A stretch of 64,000 nucleotides of DNA from Azolla caroliniana (Eukaryota; Plantae; Polypodiophyta), in the NCBI GenBank assembly GCA_043228905.1, contig JBHGNT010000021.1, positions 6,076,001-6,140,000 on the forward strand, written 5' to 3'. Made by a program: the position numbers and the translations under genes. Below the pieces are notes generated by a model, which saw only the letters and a program-made list of their open reading frames with translations, was not told the origin of the DNA and searched no databases. Numbering within the stretch: position 1 is the first letter of the stretch; each line of letters opens with the position of its first letter. Shown in pieces: positions 48,016 to 59,154 of the stretch.

Positions 48016-48787
48016 ATAACAGTGGATGCGCGGTTAGGTGGGGGCGGATGTCGTGAAGAAAACCGTCCCTTAGCGCAATCGGTGTATAGCGCGCGCGAAC
48101 CGGTTCTTCACGCGTGTGCGCCCTCTAATGTATATAATAAAGGATTATGTACAAAGGTATATCCTAGGTAGTTAGATTCGGTAGGTAGGAAGTTAATGAA
48201 GGAAACGGCTCCCTTCTTGGAGCTATAAAAGAGAGGGAGGCGCGGGGAGAAAGGGATCGCGCATTGAGGAGGACGAAGTGTTGTCGGACCGTAACCGAAC
48301 GCTTCTACTCTGTTCATTCTCCATCGCTCTTCTCTGCAGGAAGAGGAAGAGGCTGTCGACGGAGACAGAACCGGAAAGGCCGGTGGAGGTGCGGACGACG
48401 CACATGGAGGACATGGCGCTGGAAGACGAGTGGGCGAAGAGCCACTACTCGAGGCCACACTGGGCCCGAGCGACCACGGAAACCCCGGTGAAGATCGGAG
48501 ATGTTCAGGAACCGGTGGTGGCGCTGGTGGACCACGGTTCGAAAATAAACATGATGTCCATGGACTTCTACAAGAAGGGGAAATGGCCAATCAACACCAA
48601 GCACGGGTGGAAGATACGGGCGGCGACGTGCGCCACCGAGGAACTACACGAGGCCTGCCCCTGGACAACGGGTCGGCTTACGCGAGGGTCAAGAGTCAAG
48701 ACGGGCGTCATTTGATCCAGTTCCTGACGGTGCGACCGAACCAAGAGCGAAACCGCGAGACCCTCGGTGGCGAGAACCGAGAGGATT

Positions 48788-51700
48788 TTTAGAGAGGGCT
48801 ATCAAGGCGTGGGGCCGCGACACTCCGGACACTCCGGGAAAACCCCACAAATGTACGATAGAGGCAAAACCGAAGAAACCTTGTACCATAAGTAGGAAGT
48901 TTTGTTTCTCCGACAACGGAGGGTGTACGATAGTCGGCGTCGTTGGCCGAGAAAAGACAAGGATGGAAGAGCGACTTCGGATGTGCGGAGTTCTCGGTCC
49001 CAGCGAGGAAATCAACGGACCCGTGGAGGCGATACCTTGGGAATACTGCGAGAGGTGGTCGGAGAAGGCCTTAAAGAGGACCGGACGATACCGGTTTGTT
49101 CAGAAGAGATGTACAAAGTCATCACGGACTTCAGTCGGGGGCTCGAGTCGGATCGGACGGCCCGGGTTAACACGAAGTACAAGACTGTGAACCGGAAGGT
49201 AAGGCCAGTCGCGGCACCCTTACAGGAGGGCAGCGACTTGCGAATCAAGGGGGTTGCGTCGGACCCCAGTTTACGAGATCCGGCCTGCATAGGACACACC
49301 TTCACCGACAGAACGCTACGAGAGCTAAAAATTGGTGGGGGCGGTTTCCTACTACCGGCGGAAGAAGACCGGTTTCGGAGAATGCTCAGAAGGCACGGGA
49401 AAGCCTTCGCATTCTCACCGGAAGAGATCGGGTGCGTAGACCCGACAGTCGTGAAGCCGATGGTGATATTCACGGTACCGCATGTGCCATGGAATCTCAA
49501 ACCAATTCCGGTACCGAGAGCTCACATCCCGGAGCTGATGGAGCTATTGAGACAGAAAGTCGATATGGGCATCCTCGAACCGTCGAGTGCCCCGTACTCG
49601 AACCGGTGGTTTACCGTACCAAAGAAGAACGGGACGTTGCGCTTCATTCAAGACCTGCAACCGGTCAACAGAGTGACCATTCGGAACGCAGGAATCGAAC
49701 CAACGATAGACGAGTTCGTGGAGGCCTTCACCGGAAGGTCGATCTACTCGGTCGGGGATCTATACTCGGGGTACGATCAGTTCCAACTAGCCGTAGAGAG
49801 CAGAGACATTACGACGATGCGGACTCCTCTCAGCGTAGTGCGGATGTGTACCCTGCCACAAGGAGGGACGAACTCGGTGGCCCACATGGTGAATGCGATG
49901 AACAAGGTGCTGAGGGATTGTATCCCGGACATCACCATGCCATTCTTGGACGACATCCCGATCAAGGGATGTCCCATGGAGAAAAGGGACGAAACGATCG
50001 GACCGGACGGATGCCGGAAATTCGTGGCGACACACATTGACAACTGCGAGAGGGTGCTACAGAGGCTAGAGGACGCGAGGCTCACCTTCTCCAGGGAGAA
50101 ATCGGCCTTCGGGCAATCGGAGATCATGGTCGTCGGACATCTATGCGGACCGTATGGCCGGAAACCGTCTCCGGCTAAGGTAGAAGCCATCTCCGCAATG
50201 AAGCCCGACTGTAACTCGGTCACAAAGGTACGGAGGTTCTTGGGAGCATGCGCTTTCTACCACATATGGATCCTGCATTACGCCCACGTTTCCGAGCCGC
50301 TATACGGGTTGCTGAAAAAGGGGCCAAAATTGGAGTGGCGGGACGAGCATACGGAGTCGGTCCGAAAGATGAAGGAGGCTCTTGCTGCAGCTCCGGCACT
50401 CCGGAAGGCTGTCTACGAGAAAGGTACTCCCATCTACATGATGGTAGATACGAGTCCGACCGGGATCGGATGGGTCGTCAACCAAGAAGATGAGGACGGC
50501 ATTCGGTTCCCAATCCAGTTCGGCGCGAAGGTCCTCAACGAGCGACAGCGAGGATACGCCCAGGTTAAACGCGAACTCTGGGGTATCGTTTCGGCGGTGA
50601 AGGCCGATAAAGACTATCTGATCGGGACAGAAGTGATTATCGAGACGGACTACCTACCGATTCTCGGCATGGTTTCCGGATGCACAACCCCGGACCTGGC
50701 AATGCTCAGGTGGATAGCGTACATCAAGTCCCTGTGCCCGGAAATACGACATATTTCCGGGAAAGACAATACCATGGCCGACATGCTTTCGAGGGCGCGA
50801 TTCGATGATGAGGGTGGCATGGTTTCGGAGGACGAGGAAGTCGGCATGGACTTCTTCGAGGCGGTTTACGTAACAACCGAGGGGGGGAGCACTCCGGTGC
50901 TGAATGATTTCAACGAGAGCAAGTACGACGGGGAGTGGCTGCAGATTGGGGGATTCTTAAGGACCATGACGCCGGACGCGTCATGGACAAAGAACGAGGC
51001 CAACCGGATCTGGAAGAAAGCGTACCGATTCTTTCTCCGTGACGGATACTTGTGGAAGCACCAGAAGAAGAGAAACGGCATCCCGCTTTGAGTAGTGGCG
51101 ATGAAAGAGGAACAGGAGGAGTTGCTGGAGGCCTACCACGACAGCCCCTGGGCTGGACACCGTGGGACGTGGGCCACATTCGAGAAACTAAAGGGGAAGT
51201 ACTGGTGGCCGGGACTGTATCGGGACGTGCATCGGTTCGTGACAACTTGTGAGAGCTGTCAAATACACTCCATAGTCCGACATCGGGACGAGCTTCACCC
51301 TACATACCCTCCGGCCATCCACTTCAAATGGATGGTAGATTTGGTGACGATGCCGATGGGCGTAGGGCAGATGCGATATATGGTGCTGGCCCGGGAGGAC
51401 CTGACGAACCAGGTGGAAGGCCGAGCCCTACAGAACAAAACGACCGCGGCCATGTGTCGGTTCCTGATCGAGGACATGTTATGCCCGTACGGGTGCGTCG
51501 GGAAGATCGTGGCTGACCGCGGGGAGTTGGAAGCCGAAGAGGCCGAGGAGCTGTTCGACCGGTTAGGGGTCAAGCTCTCGCTCACCACAACGTACAATAC
51601 GGAGGCGAACGGGAAGGTGGAGCGCGGACACGGACCGATCGTCAAAGTGCTAGTCCGGGCATGCGGAGGCCAGGTCGGGAACTGGCCACGACTGTTACCT

Positions 51701-52270
51701 TATGCCTTGTGGGCGGACTGGACAACGCACAGTTCGGTAACCGGGTTCATGCTGTCAGAGCTCATGTTCGGACAGAAGCCGATCATGACGATGGAACGGA
51801 CGATCTCCTCTTGGGCGACAGTGGACTAGAGAGACGAGATGAGCCGAGAAGAACTACTAGCGGCGCATATACGGCAGCTCGAGCGGAGGCCAGGGGACGT
51901 GGAACAAGCAGCGGAGAGACTTCGGGCGTCAAGGATGAGGAACAAAGCCCGGTTCGACCAAACGCACCGGCTCTAACCAAAGAAAATCGAGGAAGGCGAC
52001 TGGGTGCTAGTCTACGACAGCAGCCTCGACAACCAGCACCGGGCAACACAGAAGTTTACAAAGCGGTGGTTCGGGCCTTACGTGGTAACAAGCGCCAACG
52101 ACAATGGGACGTATCACCTGGCGGAACTCGACGGTACGAGGATGGTGGTACCGGTAGTAGGGAAGCGGATCAAGGCATTCAAAAAGCGCCACGACGGCGA
52201 ACCGGATGTAAGAGACCTGGACAGCGACGACAAACAGTCCGAAACGGAGGACGAACCGATGAACAAGTAA
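48788..52270 (+). pseudogene. pol: Gypsy pol (RT-RH-IN) with few lesions
   Basis: ORFs 48902-51091, 51095-51829 and 52004-52270; FLDDIPIKG; integrase HHCC, DDE and GPY motifs. Confidence 0.93.
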
Positions 52271-53980
52271 CCGGAACCCGGACTGGTTTTCTCCAAACCA
52301 GAACCCAATTTTGGCGCATAACAGTGGATGCGCGGTTAGGTGGGGGCGGATGTCGTGAAGAAAACCGTCCCTCAGCGCAATCGGTGTATAGCGCGCGCGA
52401 ACCGGCTCTTCACGCGTGCGCGCCCTCTAATGTATATAATAAAGGATTAGGTACAAAGGTATATCCTAGGTAGTTAGATTCGGTAGGTAGGAAGTTAATG
52501 AGGGAAACGGCTCCCTTCTTGGAGCTATAAAAGAGAGGGAGGCGCGGGGAGAAAGGGATTGCGCATTGAGGAGGACGAAGTGTTGTCGGTCCGTAACCGA
52601 ACGCTTCTCCTCTGTTCATTCTCCATCGCTCTTCTCTGCAGGTTTTCGGGAGGCTCGCGCTGCTTCGAGGAACGCCCGTGTGCTTCCAACAGCACCTCCA
52701 TCCTATCCCCTTTCGTGTGCAGACAAGCAGGCATCGGCATCTGTTCGCCAGCCTGTTCGGTTGTAACCGCTCGCGTGCTCTGTTGTTTTGTGTCATTCGT
52801 TAATATACAAACATTCGTGTCTCTCTGCCTCTGTGTCCATTCGTGTTTTCTACGTTGACGGGCCGTGTCCCTATGTTTCTTTGCTCATATGTAACCGGTC
52901 GTCCCTCTCTTTCTCTTCCCCCTCCTATCACCTGCTCTTCGGTTCAAGACCCCGGTGGTCCCGCCTCGTTTCTCCACGCACGCACGTAGTAATGCGACAA
53001 CGGCACGTCGAAGCCGTTAACTACTCAGTGTCGGCAGGAACTCAGGTCGGGGGTGATGAGACCCGGAAGGCGAAGGACTCTGGATTCTGGCCGCTAGTGC
53101 TAGAAGGCCTCTCCGGAGTTCGGCTGAGGAAGGAAGAGGCGAACCGCGCGGAACAACGGGTCCAGGAGGTCATCGATTGGCACGATCCGGTGGAAGAAAA
53201 AACAGGCTTCGTAGAAGCCACTTGCCAGAACTACGAGGTTCTGGTGGAGGACAAACGGCCAGGAAAGGCTGGAGGGGTTGGGCCCCCGAGGTATGAGACC
53301 CGGTTCGGGCCGAAACCGACCGGTGCCGGCAACCCAAGCGTGCCGGATAGCAAGAAGCAGGCGGGGTTTCGGTTGAGCACCGAAATCGAGAGAGCAACGG
53401 ACCTACGGAAGGTCCTTGAAGAGAGAATCCTCGACAATAGAGTGGAGTTGTCGTTGCGGGAGGTGTTGGGAATCGCCAAGAGGGAGTTCCACGACTCTAT
53501 CGTAGACTTGGTGAAGCGGAAGAGGCTCTTGACGGAGCCGGAACCGGAGAAGCCGGTGAAAGTGCGGACCACGCACCTGGAAGACGGGGCCCTGGAAGAT
53601 GAGTTGGCGGGAAGCCACTACACGAAGCCGCATTGGGCCAGGGCGACTACGGAAACCCCAGTACGGATCGACAACGTTCTAGAACCAGTGGTGGCGTTGG
53701 TAGACCATGGATCCGAAATCAACCTGATGTCCATGGATTTCTACAAGAAGGGTAAATGGCCGATCAACACCAAGCATGGCTGGAAGATACGGGCAGCGAC
53801 GCGCTGTCGCGTTGTTACGCGTGTGCGTGGAGAGAGGTGGGACCACGGGGGTCTTGGACTAGGGAGCGACGGAGCGTAGGAAGTCGCACCTCGCCGTTTT
53901 CTGGGGCACCCCTGAAACGCACCGGAAGCAACCGAAGAGAGAGAGGGAGTGAGAGAGCGTGCTTGACACCGACTCACGCT

Positions 53981-54011
<31 letters not shown>

Positions 54012-55935
54012 GCGCGCGCCCTCTTGTACAGGAAACGCAGGGAAGGAGGGGAGCACCCGACACCAACAAGACGCCAATATACACGGACAAACGCAAAAGT
54101 ATATGTATATATATATAAGAAGAATACACTCCCGGCTTCAAGCCGGACCAGGATAGTTTACAATAGTCGTCTGCTGTCATGCCGCCGTCGGGGAGCTCTC
54201 GGGCTCATCGCGCCGAGCGGGGTCTTGCACAGGAGATAAGCTGCAGCCAACCCTAAACGAACACGAAGGGGAAGAAGAAGAAGCAGAAGAAACCTAACCC
54301 TAAACCTACCGGTATACCCTCTAATCCAAAATGGGCAACCCTTTTACAAAGGGCGTTCCCTCCCTTTTATAGAACAAGGAGAGGGATGCGTTACAATGTG
54401 GGACAAATCCCGACTTTCATGGGATTGTCTGTCCCGACTTGACTACTCTTCGGCGCCATAAAGGCGCCCTCGATATTCATACCAAATGTACATGGGTGCG
54501 TACACATGCTGCACCCCGCCGATGTAGACAATGTTTCCCGGTTTTCGCCTATGGCCGAAATTCTTCACGACATCCGCCCCCACCTAACTGCACGTCCACC
54601 GGTACGTGCCAATCTGGTGGAAGGGTGAGAGATTTCGGCCAGTGAGAAACCGGTCTCCCGTGATCTGCATCTTGGCTCGCTGCCGGTTTGATCCGGCGGC
54701 TTCGAGTTTTCCTTCGCGCTCGCCTCCCTGTAGGCTCGTTCGACCCGTCAATGGGTCCTCTGCCGCGATCTCCATAGCACGCGTTCTTCCGTTGGCCCTT
54801 GTTCGGCCGTATGAACACCCCGCTTCCCGCCGTATGCCCGATGTCCTCCGCTAGAGGAATGCCCGTGGCAGCCCGCTTGGCCTCCATTGTCGAATCGTGA
54901 TGTCCCCATGGTGTTTTGCGTCGCCTTCGTCCTTCCGCCGCCACCTTCCTTCTCCATGGTCTTAAATTGCCATGTCGGCTCGAACCGCCATGGTCTCCAG
55001 AACGGTGTGGAAGATCCCTTTCCGGCCTTCTCCGCGCTCGCCTTTCCGCTCCGGCACCTCCGTGTGCCACCTACCCTCGTCTGTTGTTTGGCACTGCCCG
55101 AGTTGCACTCCTCGTCGGCCCCTTTCCGGCCTGATCGTGCATGTTGTTCACCCGCATACCGGTGTCCTTTGCATCCGAGGAACACCCCGTAGTAGCCCGC
55201 TTGGCCCTTCCCATCGTCGTGCTGCTAAAACAGGTCCTGGGTCTTTCGCTTGCCGTCGTCCCCTCGCCCCCACCAGCTTGTCACCCCGGCTTGCCGTGTC
55301 AGTCTTTGTTACTTCGACAGAGTTACCGAGATCTACGAAGCGAGTGTGGAGGATCCTCCTACAGACTCTCTTGTCATCCTAGTTCCGACCCTGTTCAGTC
55401 CACTAGGCACTTGTCCCTCGTTCTCGGCACCTCCCTTGTGCCGTCTTCCACTTCCTTCGTTCGGCCTCGCCCGCGCCGAGCACCGTCCCGTAGTCCCGCT
55501 TCGATCCGGCCCGTGATGGCCACTCGCGAGACTCTTGTTCTGTCCAAGGTGTGCCTTTCCAGCCTGACACACCTCCCCGTGTTCACCCCTATCGGCTCCT
55601 TCCGATACCTTGTGTCGTCGGGTCCCGTTCCCTGTCGCCACTGTCCTTCTCCCTCGGTCTCACGTTGCCATGTTGGTCGAACTGCCGGAGTCTCCGGATC
55701 AGTGTGAGGGTCCCATAGGGCCGGACTCCGTTTCTATGCTTGCCGTCATTCGGGTGACCTTTGTTTGAGTCCCTCCCGGACTCTCCTCATGTCTTCCGCG
55801 TAGCCGGGTCCCGTTTCCCGCCGCCACCTTCCTTCTCCCTCGGTCTTACGTTGCCACGTTGGCAGCACAGCCGGAGTCTCTGGTTAAGTGTGGGGATCCC
55901 CTAGGACCGGACTTCCTTATGCCCATTGTCTTTGT

Positions 55936-56147
55936 CACCTCGCCGCCACCGTCAGTATCTTGGTCTTACGTCGACCGCGTTGCCGACTGCCGAAGTCTCT
56001 AGATCCGGTGTGAAGGATCCTCCGTAGACCGCCCATCCGTAGCCCTTGCCTTCGCCACCTCGCCGCCACCGTCAGTATCTTGGTCTTACGTCGACCGCGT
56101 TGCCGACTGCCAAAGTCTCTAGAACCGGTGTGAAGGATCCTTCGTAG
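55936..56147. repeat. ~120-bp-period direct repeat inside the gag-only element
   Basis: CACCTCGCCGCCACCGTCAGTATCTTGGTCTTACGTCGACC... occurs twice; more degenerate related units lie at ~55620-55915. Confidence 0.85.
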
Positions 56148-57080
56148 GCCTTCGTCGCCTTCTTGACCCTGTCCTGGGTCGTCCTTTTCCGTATGTCGAG
56201 AGGGCGGTTTACTTTGCACCCCCTCCCGTGGTACCGACGTACCATGTCCTCGGCCTCTTCGTAGGCCTGCTCTCTTCCTCCCTCCCGGAATGGTCATCCG
56301 GGAGTCCGCTCCGCCCGGTTCTCGTCCGGGTCCGTTCATCCTTCTCCAGATTGCCGAGTCCTGTTCTCCTGTCGCACCGTCTCTCGTACAGGACTTACGT
56401 CGACACTCGGGACTGCAACTTGATCGGTGTAAGGAATCCCATAGGACCGGCTTTCATTCTCTTTCCAAATCTCGACCTTCGCCCGGTCGGTCTTTCTCCC
56501 CATGTAAAAGAGGGCGGCTCGTCCCACACCCTCTCTCGTATCGGCACCTTTATGCCGAGTCCGGCCCCGATCGAACGATCCACGACCGGATCACGCTCCA
56601 CCCGTATCGGAATGTTGATCCCCTCGTGTCCTGTCCGTCCTCGGCCTCCTCGCAGGCCGTTTCCCATCCATCTTCGCTGGCATCGTGCCAGGACTCCTCG
56701 GTACCGCCATCCATCTCCTCGGTCTTACATGGGCATACGGGCCCAATTGCCGAGTTCTCCGGAATCGGGTCCGTGGGCTTTCGTCCGCTCCTTCCCCGTA
56801 TCGTCTCGTCGGTGATTCTCGCCCTTTCGCCGTTGCCTTCCTCCGCTTGGGACTCACGTGGGCACTCGGGCCCAACTGCCATCGTCTTGGGAGCAAGTGT
56901 GGGAAGACACAAAGAATCACCCGTCCGTTTTATGCCCTTGTCCGTAGCCACCAACTCTTTGTGGTCGGCGGCGGTCTTCTTACTGATCGCGCAAGCCCCG
57001 TCTGGGCTTGATTCTCCAATTATCGGGATCTCGGGCTGACACGCCCGAAACCGCTAGTCCCAACGTTCCGGTTCCGCGAT

Positions 57081-57989
57081 CTATATCTCGGCCTCGTCCT
57101 TGGCCGTTCCATCTCCGCAAGTCGAGAGGGTGTTTCGTTCCGCACCCTCTCCCGTGGTACCATCATACCGATCTTCCGCAGTCGCGTGGGGCAAGTCCGT
57201 CTCCTCGGTCTCGGCTTCCGGCCTCGATCCTCCCTCTTCCTCGAGCATCGCTTTGAGAGCTGCGTAAGCCTCCGCAATCCTGGCCCCAACGCCGACCCTT
57301 GCCGACTCTCTTTGCCGTTCGGCCTCTTCCCGCTGTGATGGCACGCCGTCGCGTACCTTCCTCTTAGCCTTCTCGGCTCGCTCGTTGTCTAGCCGTTGGC
57401 ACACCCTTCCGACCTTCAACCAGTCATCCGTAATCCCATTCGCTCCATCATCGTCTTCGAGCTCAATCCCGATGGCTTCCCGTTCCGCTCGGTCGATCGA
57501 CCTGACGAAAAAAAGGACTTTGTCCGCCCCCACAAAACCTTGTTCCCGCTCTGGGAGCCGAGCAAGTCGTCGCTCGAACTCCCGGAACGCCTTCGTCGCA
57601 CCCCGGTGGGTCTTTGCCGATGCTACCCACTGGTCGAAGTGGTGTCGTCCCCGGCTCTTCCGCCGTCCTCCGTATGCCTTCAGGAGCGCCTCTTCGAAGG
57701 CCTCCCACGACCCATGAGCCTCATGGAGCTCCATTACTTCCGCATGCTTCCGGACAGCTACGACCCGGCAGAAGAACTCCAGCCTCAACGCCTCGTCTAC
57801 GCCACGCTCTTCCATTTCCGCGTTGTAGGCTTCCAAGTAAGATGGAACTTTGTCCCCATTGAAACGGCCGACTCTTTCGACCACTCGCCCGACCGCTTGT
57901 TGCGCTGCTTCTCACCTCATCACCACTCGTGCCGACTCCAACACCACTTCGGCCACCATCTCTGCAAGGTCGTCGTCTTCCGACTCCAT
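57081..57989 (-). pseudogene. gag: Gag-like ORF of the non-autonomous element
   Basis: VGRFNG..VPSYLEAYNAEM and VLFFVRSID align with the autonomous gag. ATG at 57989, with one early in-frame TGA. Confidence 0.8.
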
Positions 57990-59154
57990 CCTCCCTTGCC
58001 GCCTTTCACGTCGGGTTCACCAAAGATGTCGCGTTGTTACGCGCGTGCGTGGAGAAAGGCGGGACCACGGGGGTCTTGGACTAGGGAGCGACGGAGCGTA
58101 GGAAGTCGCACCTCACCGTTTTCTGGGGCACCCTTGAAACGCACCGGAAGCAGCCGAAGAGAGAGAGGGAGTGAGAGAGCGTGCTTGACACCGACTCACG
58201 CGCGGGCGCACACACACACACCCTCTTGTACAGGAAACGCAGGGAAGGAGGGGAGCACCCGACACCAACAAGACGCCAATATACACGGACAGACGCAAAC
58301 GTATATGTATATATATAAGAAGAATACACTCCTGGCTTCGAGCCGGACCAGGATAGTTTACAACAGTCGTCTGCTGTCAAGCCGCCGTCGGGGAGCTCTC
58401 GGGCTCGTCACGCCGAGCGGGGTCTTGCACAGGAGATAAGTTGTAGCCAACCCTAAACGAACACGAAGGGGAAGAAGAAGAAGCAGAAGAAACCTAACCC
58501 TAAACCTACCGGTATACCCTCTAATCCAAAATGGGCAACCCTTTTACAAAGGGCGTTCCCTCCCTTTTATAGAACAAGGAGAGGGATGCGTTACAATGTG
58601 GGACAAATCCCGACTTTCATGGGATCGTCTGTCCCGACTTGACTACTCTTCGGCGCAATAAAGGCGCCCTCGATATTCACACCAAATGTACATGGGTGCG
58701 CGTACACACGCTGCACCCCGCCGATGTAGACAATGTTTCCCGGTTTTCGCCTATGGCCGAAATTCTTCACGACAGCACGCCACGGAAGAACTACATGGGG
58801 CCCTGTCCGAACGTACGGGTGAAAATCGGCAATGTCGAGATCGACGAGCACTTCTTCGTGCAGGAGATGTCCTCGCATTCAGTTATACTAGGAGAACCAT
58901 ATATCACGGCGGCACAGATGGAGACCAAGGTGTTGGACAACGGTTCAGCCTATGCAAGAGTCAAGAGCCAAGACGGGCGTCACTCGGTCCAGTTCTTAAC
59001 GGTGCGACCAAACCACGAGCGTAACCGCGAGGCCCTCGACAGCGAAACCCGAGGGGATGTTTAGAGAGGGTTGTCAAGGCGTGGGGCCGCGATAGTCCGG
59101 ACACCCGAGAAGAACCCCACAAATATACAGTACGGAAGAAGACCTGTACCATAG

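Larger units (their letters stand above)
46735..52999 (+). mobile_element. Rearranged gypsy composite: LTR 46735-47358, PBS-Trp, truncated gag, PPT + partial LTR 48049-48339, PR-pol, 3' LTR 52351-52999
   Basis: Homologous to 15393-28498. The first LTR differs in sequence from the other two. Confidence 0.88.
53805..58774 (-). mobile_element. Non-autonomous gag-only LTR element (TR-GAG-like) of the Trp-PBS gypsy group
   Basis: LTRs 58027-58774 and 53805-54572; PBS 58005-58022; PPT 54573-54587; flanks GCGC/GCAC; gag-like ORF but no PR/RT/IN motifs. Confidence 0.88.
53000..59154 (+). pseudogene. Third gypsy gag-PR fragment (53000-53804, 58775-59154), split by the inverted gag-only element
   Basis: LVDHGSEINLM...WKIRAATR resumes as ..TEELHG.CPNVRVKIG after the insertion. 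Confidence 0.88.

Noticed and set aside
46731-53003. ACGT/ACGG as the paired TSD of one element
   Set aside because: The outer LTRs differ and the flanking sequences are unrelated, so they were treated as two independent target half-sites.
54250-54310. Telomere repeat (CCCTAAA-like motifs, also near 58450-58510)
   Set aside because: Only two or three scattered units within LTRs; at most telo-box-like motifs.
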